Below are positions 17,604 through 28,197 of a DNA stretch of 58,836 nt, piece after piece (positions within the stretch are counted from its first letter, which is position 1; every line of letters begins with the position of its first letter). Position numbers and translations under genes: made by a program. Source of the stretch: a virus (lineage: Duplodnaviria > Caudoviricetes). The notes beneath the pieces are model-generated. The model saw nothing but the letters and a program-made list of their open reading frames with translations. It was not told the origin of the DNA and did not search any database. The stretch is from positions 1 through 58,836 of IMG/VR virus record IMGVR_UViG_3300025120_000054; one strand, 5' to 3'.

Positions 17604-19022
17604 ATGGCTGGAAATTTAGTCGCTGGTGGAGTTGCATTGCAACCGTCAGCAGAACAGGTAGCATTGTCTACCAATTACATTACAAACTTTGATTTCTTGA
17701 ATCAGTATCTTCCTGATACTTACGAGAAGGAGTTTGAGAGATATGGTAACCGTACCATCTCTGGATTTTTAAGAATGGTTGGCGCAGAGATGCCATCCAA
17801 CTCTGACCTCATCAAGTGGGCAGAACAAGGGCGTTTGCACACAAAGTATGCTGCGTGTACATTAGCTACTTACACTGGTGCTGAAACAGTTCAAACAGTT
17901 ACAGTTCCACTTGCACAGTTAGTTCCTGGTACAGGGGCAATCGCTGTTCGTGTTGGTCAGACAATTTTCCTTACAGACGAGACTGCTGCTTCAACATTCT
18001 CTAACAAAGCAATTGTTACTGCTGTTGGGCCTACTGCTGCGCTTGCAGCTAATGAATTTACAATTGCATACTACGAAGCTACTCAGGCTGCTTACGCTGC
18101 TGCAAGTACTATTACTATGTTTGCATATGGTTCTGAGTTCCAAAAAGGAACAAGTGGAATGGTAGGTTCATTAGAAGCTGATGATCTTTTCTTATCTAAC
18201 AACCCTATCATCCTTAAAGACACATATACTGTCAATGGTTCTGATATGGCGCAGATTGGATGGGTTGAAGTTACAACTGAGAATGGAGCAAATGGATACC
18301 TTTGGTACTTGAAGTCTGAGCATGAAACAAGATTACGTTTCGATGATATGCTAGAGACTGCAATGATTGAGGCTGTTCCTGCTGCTGTTGGTTCAGGTGC
18401 AACTGCTGCTGGATTTATTGGTTCTGAAGGTATCTTTAGTGCTGTAGGCGCAAGAGGTAATGTTTGGAACGGTGGTTTCCCAGTAGCATTGGCAGATTTT
18501 GATGCTATCATTTCACGACTTGACAAGCAAGGTGCAATTGAAGAAAACGCAATCTTCTTAAATAGAGATTTCGGTTTTGCAATCGATGATATGCTTGCTG
18601 CTCAAAACTCTTATGGAGCAGGTGGTACATCTTACGGACTGTTTGACAATGACGAAGAGATGGCACTTAACCTTGGATTCTCAGGATTCCGAAGAGGTTA
18701 TGACTTCTACAAGACAGATTGGAAATACCTAAATGACCCAACAATGCGGGGTGGTTTAGTTGGTGGTAAAATAAGTGGACTTTTAGTTCCTGCTGGTTCA
18801 ACTAGCGTTTACGACCAAGTGTTAGGAAAGAACGCAAAGCGTCCATTCCTTCATGTTCGTTACCGAGCTTCTCAGACTGAGGACAGACGATACAAAACTT
18901 GGATGACTGGTTCTGCTGGTGGTGCAAGAACATCTTCTCTAGATGCAATGGAAGTTAACTTCCTTTCTGAGAGAGCTGTTTGTGTCATGGGAGCAAACAA
19001 CTTTGTATTATTCCAAGGATAA
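17604..19022 (+). CDS. Major capsid protein
   Basis: 472 aa after scaffold, followed by strong terminator; WAEQGRLH, FRRGYDFYKTDWKYLND. Confidence 0.88.
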   Translation: MAGNLVAGGVALQPSAEQVALSTNYITNFDFLNQYLPDTYEKEFERYGNRTISGFLRMVGAEMPSNSDLIKWAEQGRLHTKYAACTLATYTGAETVQTVTVPLAQLVPGTGAIAVRVGQTIFLTDETAASTFSNKAIVTAVGPTAALAANEFTIAYYEATQAAYAAASTITMFAYGSEFQKGTSGMVGSLEADDLFLSNNPIILKDTYTVNGSDMAQIGWVEVTTENGANGYLWYLKSEHETRLRFDDMLETAMIEAVPAAVGSGATAAGFIGSEGIFSAVGARGNVWNGGFPVALADFDAIISRLDKQGAIEENAIFLNRDFGFAIDDMLAAQNSYGAGGTSYGLFDNDEEMALNLGFSGFRRGYDFYKTDWKYLNDPTMRGGLVGGKISGLLVPAGSTSVYDQVLGKNAKRPFLHVRYRASQTEDRRYKTWMTGSAGGARTSSLDAMEVNFLSERAVCVMGANNFVLFQG

Positions 19023-19035
19023 TATAAAACCAAAT

Positions 19036-19063
19036 AGGGGGAGGTTCGCCTCCCCTTTTTTTT
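19036..19063 (+). terminator. Rho-independent terminator
   Basis: GGGGAGG-TTCG-CCTCCCC followed by T8. Confidence 0.9.
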
Positions 19064-19081
19064 AAACTTTAATTAAATCAA

Positions 19082-19837
19082 ATGAAAAAAAATAATAACA
19101 TTCCAAAAGACATGATATTTGTCTTGAATCAAACAAACCCCCCATTGAGTTTTATGTTGAACTCTAGAAACTCTTCAAGTAATCCCCTTATGCATTGGGA
19201 CGGTTCTCAGAATAGAGCCTTACGTTATGCAAAGAATCAGAAATCTGTTTTTGAGGATGAGCAAGATGGCAACTTTATATTAGAGCCTATTGTATTTGAA
19301 GATGGTTCTTTAGTTGTTCCAAAGACTAATCCAGCATTACAAAAATTCTTAATGTATCACCCTGGTTTTAATAAGACATTTAGTCTGTTAGACCACGAGA
19401 AGGATGCTAAAGAAGATGTAGATGTTTTAAATATGGAGGTAGATGCTTTAATAAAAGCAAAAGAATTAAGTCTAGACATGATGCTTAGTATTGCACGAGT
19501 AGAGTTAGGATTGAATGTAGATAAAATTAGTACTGTTGAAATCAAAAGAGATGTTTTAGTTTTTGCTAGAAACTATCCAGAAGATTTTCTAATTGCTCTT
19601 CAAGATCCAAGTCTTTCTGTTCAAGATACTATTGCTAGATGTTTTGACGAAACTATTCTTCGTTTACGAAATAAGAATAGAGATGTTTTCATTAACCTTC
19701 CTAATAATAAAACAAAGTTATTGACCCTTCCTATTGGAGAAGATAAGAATTATGCGGTTGCAACATTTTTAAAAACTGATGATGGATTGCCAACTTTGAA
19801 AATGTTAGAGAAGCACTTAGAAAAAATAGAAGTATAG
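19082..19837 (+). CDS. Conserved hypothetical protein in head module
   Basis: LRYAKNQKS, IVFEDGSL, LQKFL..HP. Confidence 0.75.
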   Translation: MKKNNNIPKDMIFVLNQTNPPLSFMLNSRNSSSNPLMHWDGSQNRALRYAKNQKSVFEDEQDGNFILEPIVFEDGSLVVPKTNPALQKFLMYHPGFNKTFSLLDHEKDAKEDVDVLNMEVDALIKAKELSLDMMLSIARVELGLNVDKISTVEIKRDVLVFARNYPEDFLIALQDPSLSVQDTIARCFDETILRLRNKNRDVFINLPNNKTKLLTLPIGEDKNYAVATFLKTDDGLPTLKMLEKHLEKIEV

Positions 19838-19838
19838 T

Positions 19839-20597
19839 ATGCCAATGCAGATATCCATATCAAACGTCATTGGTGGTGACGGTGGTGTACAGGGCGGTTC
19901 ACCTGCTTTTGCAAACACGAAATCAATCTTACTTGACAGCAGCAATAGTGACTTTGTAACAATGGGCAATGCCTCAAGTTTAGACTTTGACATTACAGAT
20001 GCGTTTACAATTTCTGCTTGGATCAAATCAAATGGCAGCGGTCAAATGACTATTGCAAGTAAGGCACTTAGAGCAGCAGGTAGAGAAAAGGGATACCAAT
20101 TTTATGAAATAGATGGAAAACTTGTTTTTATAATGACTCCAAACATATCTTCATTTGCTAAACTGCAAATTAGAACAGGCGCAGAGATAGTAGATAATAC
20201 TTGGCAACACGTTGCAGTTACTTATAATGGTAATGGATTAAACACAGGTCTTAACTTGTATGTAAATGGCGCATCTCCAACAGTAGTGAGAAGCGGAACT
20301 TTAACTCTTTCTGTTGCTAACACAAGCGAATTTAATTTAGGCGCAAGAGCAAATACCGAAGTATTTTGGAACGGAAACCTTGATGAAGTATCTGTATTTA
20401 ATTCAGAGCTTTCTGCAAGTGATATTACCACAATATATGGAACAGGTGTTCCTAATGATATCGCATCATTAAATCCACTTAGTTGGTGGAGATGCGGTGA
20501 CGGTGATGTCAGTCCGATTTTGACGGACAATGGTTCGGGAGGAAACAACGGAACAATGACAAACTTTACAACATTTAGTACAGACGTACCAACATAG
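19839..20597 (+). CDS. LamG/concanavalin A-like lectin domain structural protein
   Basis: FTISAWIK, WQHVAVTY, LYVNG, GNLDEVSVFNSELS. Confidence 0.88.
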   Translation: MPMQISISNVIGGDGGVQGGSPAFANTKSILLDSSNSDFVTMGNASSLDFDITDAFTISAWIKSNGSGQMTIASKALRAAGREKGYQFYEIDGKLVFIMTPNISSFAKLQIRTGAEIVDNTWQHVAVTYNGNGLNTGLNLYVNGASPTVVRSGTLTLSVANTSEFNLGARANTEVFWNGNLDEVSVFNSELSASDITTIYGTGVPNDIASLNPLSWWRCGDGDVSPILTDNGSGGNNGTMTNFTTFSTDVPT

Positions 20598-20622
20598 AGT
20601 AAAAAATAATAATTAACATTTG

Positions 20623-20656
20623 AAAGGGGGGCTTTTTTATAGCCCTCTTTTTTTTT
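20623..20656 (+). terminator. Rho-independent terminator
   Basis: AAAGGGGGGCT...AGCCCTCTTT followed by T-run. Confidence 0.8.
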
Positions 20657-20659
20657 GTT

Positions 20660-20667
20660 TATCTTTG
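20660..20667 (+). promoter_or_regulatory. -7 promoter element TATCTTTG (tail operon)
   Basis: TAnnTTTG before ATG 20685. Confidence 0.7.
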
Positions 20668-20684
20668 TGTAAAGAATACACGAG

Positions 20685-21416
20685 ATGATTAACTCAGTAC
20701 GAAACACAGTTCTATCCATACTAAATAAGAACAATTACGGATACATTTCTCCTTCAGATTTTAACTTGTTTGCAAAGCAGGCTCAGTTAGATATATTCGA
20801 GAACTACTTTTTTGATTACAACTATCAGATAAATAAAGAGAATGCTAGACAGTCAGGTACAGGTTACGCTGATTTAAAACAGAATGATGAGGAGGTTATA
20901 GATTCTTTCTCGGTAACATCAAACCTAACGCTAGTAGCAGCAACAAACACATTTACATTACCTTCTGATTGGTATTTATTAAATAGTATTTTTTACGATG
21001 CTCAAGCAACACCTGCTGTTCCATTAAGACAGATGGAGAGAGTATCTCAAAAGAAAATTAGATTGCTTTTGAATTCAAATATTACTTCTCCAAACACTTT
21101 GTATCCTGCGTATACTATGGAGGCAAATCTATTGACAGCATATCCTATTACAATAAATACTCAAGATGATGTGGTATGTCAGTATATCAGATACCCTAAA
21201 GATCCTAAGTGGACATATGTAGATGTGCCTACTTCAACGGGAGAGCCATTGTTTGATTCTACAGCGGCAGACTATCAAGACTTTGAGATTCCTGTTTCGG
21301 ATGAGCCTACTTTAGTTGTTAGGATATTAGAGTATGCTGGGTTATCTATAAGAGAGGGTGATGTTGTAAAAGTAGCATCAAGTATGGACACTAGAGAAAC
21401 TACTTCAGAAAAATAA
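20685..21416 (+). CDS. Tail adaptor/ring protein
   Basis: LNKNNYGYISP..FN..AKQAQ, YIRYPKDPKW; position. Confidence 0.65.
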   Translation: MINSVRNTVLSILNKNNYGYISPSDFNLFAKQAQLDIFENYFFDYNYQINKENARQSGTGYADLKQNDEEVIDSFSVTSNLTLVAATNTFTLPSDWYLLNSIFYDAQATPAVPLRQMERVSQKKIRLLLNSNITSPNTLYPAYTMEANLLTAYPITINTQDDVVCQYIRYPKDPKWTYVDVPTSTGEPLFDSTAADYQDFEIPVSDEPTLVVRILEYAGLSIREGDVVKVASSMDTRETTSEK

Positions 21417-21421
21417 TAATT

Positions 21422-22345
21422 ATGGCTTATATATCAGCATATCAATATTACGAAAATGGCGGAGCTGCACCGGAGAATGCCAATTGGGGTTCATATCAAT
21501 ACATATCTTTACAAGACATTGTAAACAACTTCTTGTTGATGTATGATGGTAATCATTCTTTAGTAAATAACGAGGAGAGGTATAAGATATTGTTCCATGC
21601 TAAGAGAGCAGTTCAAGAATTAAACTATGATGCGTTTAAAGAGATTAAAATTTTAGAGTTGGACGTATGTGATAACTTGCGTTTTGTTCTTCCTCCTGAC
21701 TACGTCAATTGGGTTAGAATATCTATGTACAAAGATAATGTGTTGATGCCTCTAACTGAAAACATTCAGACCAACTATAGCGATGCTTATCTTCAAGATA
21801 ACAATTGTAAGATTTTATTTGATCAGGATGGAAATGTTTTAAAACCGGAGTACTCAAACTTAGACATTGAGAGAATTACAAGTCAGCAGAAGAGTATATA
21901 CTTAAATGAGAACAGTCCTTTTGATCAGACGCTAGGATACTGTTGTGACGGGTATTGGTATTTCGATTATGCTATTGGAGCAAGGTATGGTCTCAACACC
22001 GAGACAGCAAACATTAACCCTACGTTTAAGATTGATAATAAGGGTGGTGTCATAAACTTTAGTTCTGGTATGGCAGGTGAACTGTGCATATTGGAGTATG
22101 TAAGCGATGGCTTATACAATGGAGATGATTCTCAGATTACAGTAAACAAGTTATTTGAGAGTTATGTGTATGCATACATAAAGTATGAGATACTTACAAA
22201 TAAGTTAGGCGTTCAAGAGTATGTGATAGCAAGGGCAAAGAAAGAAAAGACTGCGCTTCTTAGAAACGCTAAGATTAGAATCAGCAACATTCACCCAGGT
22301 AGACTATTGATGAACCTGCGTGGACAAAGCAAGTGGATAAAATAA
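21422..22345 (+). CDS. Tail ring/tubular protein
   Basis: LPPDYVNWV, LEYVSDG; position before stabilisation gene. Confidence 0.65.
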   Translation: MAYISAYQYYENGGAAPENANWGSYQYISLQDIVNNFLLMYDGNHSLVNNEERYKILFHAKRAVQELNYDAFKEIKILELDVCDNLRFVLPPDYVNWVRISMYKDNVLMPLTENIQTNYSDAYLQDNNCKILFDQDGNVLKPEYSNLDIERITSQQKSIYLNENSPFDQTLGYCCDGYWYFDYAIGARYGLNTETANINPTFKIDNKGGVINFSSGMAGELCILEYVSDGLYNGDDSQITVNKLFESYVYAYIKYEILTNKLGVQEYVIARAKKEKTALLRNAKIRISNIHPGRLLMNLRGQSKWIK

Positions 22346-22346
22346 A

Positions 22347-25300
22347 ATGAAAATAGAAAGAAGTTTTGTTAGGGGTCGCATGAATAAAAGTGTTGACGAA
22401 AGATTATTGCCTCAAGGCGAGTATGTTGACGCAATGAACATCCGACTAGGGTCTACAGAAGAGAGTGAGATAGGTGCGGTAGAAAACGCTAGAGGGAATG
22501 AACTTATCGCTGAGGTAAAGTATAGTGGTCAGGCTCTATCTTCTAAAGCAGTATGCCTAGGGTCTCTTGAGGATTCTGAAAACGAAACAATCTATTGGTG
22601 CGTACACGATCCTGACAACACGCCAAGCGCAACCAACAAGGTGGATTTAATTGTTTCTTATGATGCTTTAAATGATGTATTAATATATCATGTAATATCT
22701 ACGAATGATGGCGGTGGTGTAAACACAGCCTTAAACTTTAGTAAAACATATAGAGTAAATGCAATGACATTTATCGATAGCTTATTGTTTTTCACAGATA
22801 ACAATAATCAACCGATGCGTATAAATGTAGATAGGGTTTACAATGAGCCTTCAGTAAATGATTTGCTTGTTATTGTAAAACCTCCATCTGAGTCTCCAAC
22901 TGTTTCTTTACAAAATGTTCCTGGTGGAGAAAATTATATGGACACTAGATTTATATCATTTGCATATAGATATAAGTATCGAGATGGAGAGTACTCTGCA
23001 TTGTCTCAGTTCTCTGAAATAGCGTTTGACCCCAAGCCATTTTCTTTAAGTGTTGACACTTATCAAAATGAAGGTATGGTCAATGAGTTTAATTCTGCAT
23101 CTATAGGTATAGATACTGGTGACGAGAATGTTACTGAGATTGATGTGGTTTTTAAACTATCAAATCAGTCAGTAATAAATGTCATAGAAAAGTTTAATAA
23201 AGAGTCTCAGGGATGGTTAGACAATCAGACATATACAATAAACTTTACCAATCGTAAAATATATACTACTCTAGGTACAAATGAAATCCTTAGAGTATTT
23301 GACAATGTGCCACGAAAAGCACAGGCTCAAACTATAATGGGTAATAGATTAATGTATGGTAACTATGTCGATGGTTACGACTTGATTGATTCTAATGGTA
23401 ATGATTGTTCGTTGTTATACAACACAGAATTAGTTAGCCAAGACGTAGCTCCAATAGAACTAGGAGTTTCATTTGATCCATTTGATTTTACGATAGACCC
23501 TGTTGTAACTAGGACAGTTAGTCAGGGTCAAATAGATATTGATTGTAGTACTATTGCTTCAAATTTGGTAGAGGGAGCAAGTCTTGATTTTACAATTAGA
23601 ATAACTCATGATAGCTTTTCTGGAGCAGGTACGCCTAGCACAACACAAGCTCCTTTTACAATTACATTTAGCGTAGTATTAGATCAGCCATATGCAAATA
23701 TAGATAACTTGGTTGTTAGTACTGTTTTTTTAGACGCTCTTCGAGGTGTTACAATACCAACGGATTTAACTCAATGTGGTACGACTAGTCAAGGTTTCTC
23801 TACTACCGACCAATTTAACTGCACTATACAAGCCCCTTTAGACCCCTCAATAACTTGGAATAAAGACATGAGTAGTAGGAATACTACCCCCGGCTTGCCG
23901 ATTACTGCTACTGTATTAGCAGGAAGTCCCACCATTAGACTTACATTAATTGCGATGAGGTTTGTAGATGCTGCAACTCCTGGAGCATATTTATATGAGT
24001 ATTTTACAGCCACTGCTGCTGCTGCAACTTTTAACATTTCTGCTAATAACAGAAGCCTTCATAGCGATAGGGATTATGAAGTTGGTATTGTTTACATGGA
24101 TGAATTTAATCGTTCAACTACAGCGTTAGTAAGTACAGATAATACTGTTTTTGTTCCTCCTGGTCAGTCTATAAGTAAGAATAGCATTAAAGTTACTATT
24201 CCTCCTAATCAAAAGCCACCATCGTGGGCAACTAGATATAAATTTGTAGTAAAGCCTTCTAGTATTGACTATGAAGTTATATATAGTGATCTGTTTTTTA
24301 TAGACCCCGCTGACAACGCTACATATGTAAAGTTAGAGGGAGACAATCAAACAAAAGCTGCTAAAGGAGATAGGCTTAGGGTAAAGAGAGATACCGATGG
24401 CGCATTGAGCGAGCGTATAGAGACTGTAATTTTAGAGCTAGATTCTGAACCTGCTAATTTTATTAGCGATAATACCGATCCTGATGGCGATCCTATTTCA
24501 GAACCAGGTGGGTTATATATGAAAATAAAACCTAATGGGTTTAACACTCAGTATGACCCTAATAGTTTTTTAGGAGGTGAATCAGTAGTTAATAGTTCTG
24601 ACATTCCTAACACTATGGGAATCCCATCTGCTGACCGACCTAACTATATGCCTGTTGTAAATTATTTATGTTCAATACCTAATCCTAATTTTTCAGGTAC
24701 TCCATCATTGACAAATCTTCCATTTTTACCTTGGACTATTCCGGCTAATAGTAGAGTTGTATTTAATATAAAGTTTAGAAGAAACAGAAGAAATAATGCT
24801 TGTGACCAATATATTTATAGGTTTCAAAAAGAGTTTGTTGCTTCAGACAATTACACAAGTTTACATGCTTTTATAATAGGCCAGAATATAGATTTTAACA
24901 CTGGGGAAAATGATCCTAATAATGGTGAAGGCCCTAATCAAAATATTTTTGATCCTAATATTGTGCAGTTACCTTTTGATATATCTACATCTCCAGGTAT
25001 GCCTATAGGCCCAGCCGCTACCCCAGCAGCTCCTGCTCCTATAACAGGAACAAATCAATACGGTTTTGTGGGTAGTGCTACAGATTGGACAGGTACTGGT
25101 GGAAGTTCTACTGCGGATTATTATGCGGGAAAACAATTTTTTCAAATAAGAAGTGGTATGCAGCCTTGCGATAGCGCAACAATAATTAACAATCCTAGGC
25201 AATCGATAGTTAAAGCGTCCATTAGAGTATTTACCTCTGAAAATTTGTTGATATTTGAAACAATTCCCGTTGAGAGTGATGCAAATATATATTACGAGGG

Positions 25301-26897
25301 TAGTGATAGCTATGCAATTACTAATGGTAATCATATGTCTGGAGGCTCTGTTGGTGATGTAAATCAAGTTATTAGCTCCGACCCTGCTCTTGCGGTTTCA
25401 GGAGTAGTAAACTCATCCTTCTTTAATTGCTTCTCATTTGGTAATGGAGCTGAGAGTTATAAGATTAGAGATGGCTTGGCTAGTCCATTATTTAGATTGG
25501 GTGAGCGTAGCACATCAGTATCGGAGCAAGACTTTAAGGAAGCGCATAGATTTGCTGATATCACCTATAGTGGCATATACAATGAGGACACGAATGTTAA
25601 TAGGTTAAATGAGTTCAACCTAGGGACAGCTAATTTTAAGGAGTTAGAAAAGAGCTTTGGGCCTATCCGAGTACTTAATGCTAGGCAGAATGATATACTT
25701 ACATTGCAAGAAGATAAGATATCTTATGTGCTATCTAGTAAAACTTTACTTTCTAGTCCTTCTGGAGGAGGTAATGTTGCAGCAGTGCCACAAGTTCTAG
25801 GTAATCAGGTGTCAAGAATTGAGAAGTATGGTATTAGTAGCAACCCTGAGAGTTTTGTGTCTTGGGGATTTGATAAGTTTTTTACTGATGTTAAACGAGG
25901 CGCAGTACTTCAGTTGAAAGGAAGCGGTCAGCAAGAACAGCTTAATGTTATATCAGACACAGGAATGGGGTCATGGTTTAGAGATTACTTTATTCTTACC
26001 CCTAACACTCAAAAGTTAGGTGGATACGATCCATACATGAATGAGTATGTGTTGTCTGGAAACTTAACACAGTTGCCTGTAGGATTAACTAAAGTACCCT
26101 GTGGTTTAGATTATGAGGTGCTAGGAACAACCGAGGCTTCTACTACATGGGAAGTATTATTAGGACAAGAAACAGGATTGTCTACTGTAACTTGGACTGC
26201 GTCATTTAAAGACCCTGCTACAACAATAACTGTAAATGTAACTTATAATGGCGTAGTATATACATCAGGAGCAACAAGCGCAAGTTCAGGAACTTTTACA
26301 TTTAATAAAATTGGTGGTGTAAATAATGCACAAGTAGAAGTATTAATTAGCACAGGTGTAGCAGACTTTAGTGTTCTTGTAAGTTGTCCTATAAAAACAA
26401 CCTTAAATGTTACTCAGGTTTGTGTGAATAGTAATGATAATAGTGGTAAATACATACATAATGAATATTACTGGACGCAAGGTAATTATGATAGTCCTAC
26501 AAAAAGCGAGTTAGTTTTACTACAAGCACAAGATAATAGTCCTTCTGCAACCTTTTCAATATCTCAATACGATGCAATAAGCGGCCCTTCAGGAAGAGGT
26601 ACTATACCTCCAGTGCCATCAGCAGGAAATCCTATAACAATTAGAATTCAATCTAACAAAATCGGATTTGATAATTTTGTTTTTGATCCGTCTATTCACA
26701 CACTAAGATATTATTTATCTGCTACTGAAATTATTAATACTCCAGCTAAGATTTCTCAATTGTTAATAGATTCAACAAATGCAACGCCTTTGGTAAACCC
26801 TACAACAGGAGTATACTACTTTGATATTGATTATGATTTAATTCAGACTGGGGCATTTAAGCCTTACTTATATCTTATTTACGAATACATAAACTAA
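22347..26897 (+). CDS. Tail stabilisation/muzzle protein (P22 gp10 / crAss-like), main part
   Basis: GRMNKSVDERLLPQGEY.DAMN, GNRLMYGNY, YGISSNPESF. Confidence 0.8.
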   Translation: MKIERSFVRGRMNKSVDERLLPQGEYVDAMNIRLGSTEESEIGAVENARGNELIAEVKYSGQALSSKAVCLGSLEDSENETIYWCVHDPDNTPSATNKVDLIVSYDALNDVLIYHVISTNDGGGVNTALNFSKTYRVNAMTFIDSLLFFTDNNNQPMRINVDRVYNEPSVNDLLVIVKPPSESPTVSLQNVPGGENYMDTRFISFAYRYKYRDGEYSALSQFSEIAFDPKPFSLSVDTYQNEGMVNEFNSASIGIDTGDENVTEIDVVFKLSNQSVINVIEKFNKESQGWLDNQTYTINFTNRKIYTTLGTNEILRVFDNVPRKAQAQTIMGNRLMYGNYVDGYDLIDSNGNDCSLLYNTELVSQDVAPIELGVSFDPFDFTIDPVVTRTVSQGQIDIDCSTIASNLVEGASLDFTIRITHDSFSGAGTPSTTQAPFTITFSVVLDQPYANIDNLVVSTVFLDALRGVTIPTDLTQCGTTSQGFSTTDQFNCTIQAPLDPSITWNKDMSSRNTTPGLPITATVLAGSPTIRLTLIAMRFVDAATPGAYLYEYFTATAAAATFNISANNRSLHSDRDYEVGIVYMDEFNRSTTALVSTDNTVFVPPGQSISKNSIKVTIPPNQKPPSWATRYKFVVKPSSIDYEVIYSDLFFIDPADNATYVKLEGDNQTKAAKGDRLRVKRDTDGALSERIETVILELDSEPANFISDNTDPDGDPISEPGGLYMKIKPNGFNTQYDPNSFLGGESVVNSSDIPNTMGIPSADRPNYMPVVNYLCSIPNPNFSGTPSLTNLPFLPWTIPANSRVVFNIKFRRNRRNNACDQYIYRFQKEFVASDNYTSLHAFIIGQNIDFNTGENDPNNGEGPNQNIFDPNIVQLPFDISTSPGMPIGPAATPAAPAPITGTNQYGFVGSATDWTGTGGSSTADYYAGKQFFQIRSGMQPCDSATIINNPRQSIVKASIRVFTSENLLIFETIPVESDANIYYEGSDSYAITNGNHMSGGSVGDVNQVISSDPALAVSGVVNSSFFNCFSFGNGAESYKIRDGLASPLFRLGERSTSVSEQDFKEAHRFADITYSGIYNEDTNVNRLNEFNLGTANFKELEKSFGPIRVLNARQNDILTLQEDKISYVLSSKTLLSSPSGGGNVAAVPQVLGNQVSRIEKYGISSNPESFVSWGFDKFFTDVKRGAVLQLKGSGQQEQLNVISDTGMGSWFRDYFILTPNTQKLGGYDPYMNEYVLSGNLTQLPVGLTKVPCGLDYEVLGTTEASTTWEVLLGQETGLSTVTWTASFKDPATTITVNVTYNGVVYTSGATSASSGTFTFNKIGGVNNAQVEVLISTGVADFSVLVSCPIKTTLNVTQVCVNSNDNSGKYIHNEYYWTQGNYDSPTKSELVLLQAQDNSPSATFSISQYDAISGPSGRGTIPPVPSAGNPITIRIQSNKIGFDNFVFDPSIHTLRYYLSATEIINTPAKISQLLIDSTNATPLVNPTTGVYYFDIDYDLIQTGAFKPYLYLIYEYIN

Positions 26898-26901
26898 AGA
26901 C

Positions 26902-27765
26902 ATGGCAATACCAGTTATACCCCCAAGCACCGAGCCTAGTCTTCAGGCGTACACTCTAACTTATAGTGAGAATGTTAAAGGATTCCCTTCGTTCTATTCT
27001 TATTTTCCAGAGCAGATACAGGGTATGAATCAATATTTATATACTTTTAGCAATGGTAGTCTTTATCGACACAACTCTAAGACCACAAATAGATGTACGT
27101 TCTATGGCACGTTTACACCTTGTAGTGTGCAGAGTATTATAAATGTTGAGTCTACTGTAGTAAAAGTATTTAAGACCATTGAGTTGGAGTCTGATGATAG
27201 TTGGTCATTTGCTGGGCAGACAGATTTGGAGAGTGGTAATATTGAAGGTACAAGTGACGATCCTCACATCACACCTCCACCATCATACGCAGGTGAGAAT
27301 TACTTTGAACTAAAAGAGGGGAGTTACTTTTCATACATCAGGGGTATCAGTTCAGTACCTGTGCTAAATGCTGAACTAGCACTTAGGTCAGCTCAGGGTA
27401 TTGGAGCGATAACATCTGTAGATACATCAACGCCATCAGCCATTGTTATTACATATCCTGCAAATGTATTAGATTCAATAATAAGTGTAGGAGATTTATT
27501 TTATTTTGTTCAATCTAATGCTACTGTCTTGGGTGGAAAGATTACAGCAGTCAACTTTACAAACAATACAATCACAGTAGATTCTACGATTACAGGGGGT
27601 AGTTCTGCAATGGTGGCAACAAACTATTCATTTTACATTAAGAACGCTGTCGCTGAGTCTCATGGACTTCGTGGCTACTATCTAGAGTTTTTGGTCGAGA
27701 ACGTGAGCATTTCAAAAGTAGAGTTGTTTACGTTGTCATCAGACATCATGAAAAGTTTTCCATAA
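26902..27765 (+). CDS. Tail stabilisation protein C-terminal part (separate gene)
   Basis: TLTYSENVKGFPSFYSY.PE, KVFKTIELE, KEGSYF, GLRGYY. Confidence 0.65.
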   Translation: MAIPVIPPSTEPSLQAYTLTYSENVKGFPSFYSYFPEQIQGMNQYLYTFSNGSLYRHNSKTTNRCTFYGTFTPCSVQSIINVESTVVKVFKTIELESDDSWSFAGQTDLESGNIEGTSDDPHITPPPSYAGENYFELKEGSYFSYIRGISSVPVLNAELALRSAQGIGAITSVDTSTPSAIVITYPANVLDSIISVGDLFYFVQSNATVLGGKITAVNFTNNTITVDSTITGGSSAMVATNYSFYIKNAVAESHGLRGYYLEFLVENVSISKVELFTLSSDIMKSFP

Positions 27766-27772
27766 TTTTTTT

Positions 27773-27780
27773 TAACTTTG
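27773..27780 (+). promoter_or_regulatory. -7 promoter element TAACTTTG
   Basis: 5 bp before ATG 27786 (near-leaderless). Confidence 0.65.
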
Positions 27781-27785
27781 CATTA

Positions 27786-28196
27786 ATGCAATTCACTATT
27801 CGACCCCTTGAATATAAAGACTATGACGAGCTTTTATTAAAGTGGTGGAAAGATTGGCGAGTTGTTGCACCAAGTAGAGACTTCTTACCTAGCAATGGTT
27901 TAGGAGGATACATAGTATACGATGGAGACGTTCCTGTATGCGCTGGATTTATTTATAACACAGATTCAAATGTTGCTTGGTGTGAATTTATTGTATCAAA
28001 CTTCGACTATAAAGATAAGGATCGCAAGAAAGAATGCTTAAATATTTTTGCTTCTAAAGTGTCTATGATAGCAAAGGATGCGGGTAAGAATTATCTGATG
28101 ACAATGCTAAAAAGTAAATTGTTGATGGATGTTTGTGCAGATCAAGGATATATGAAAATGAGTGGAGGGTATACTCAAATGACAAAAATTTTATAA
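27786..28196 (+). CDS. GNAT-fold protein preceding ejection genes
   Basis: IRPL..DY, PVCAGFIY.T, AWCEFIVSN; position like T7 gp13 / P22 gp14. Confidence 0.6.
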   Translation: MQFTIRPLEYKDYDELLLKWWKDWRVVAPSRDFLPSNGLGGYIVYDGDVPVCAGFIYNTDSNVAWCEFIVSNFDYKDKDRKKECLNIFASKVSMIAKDAGKNYLMTMLKSKLLMDVCADQGYMKMSGGYTQMTKIL

Positions 28197-28197
28197 T

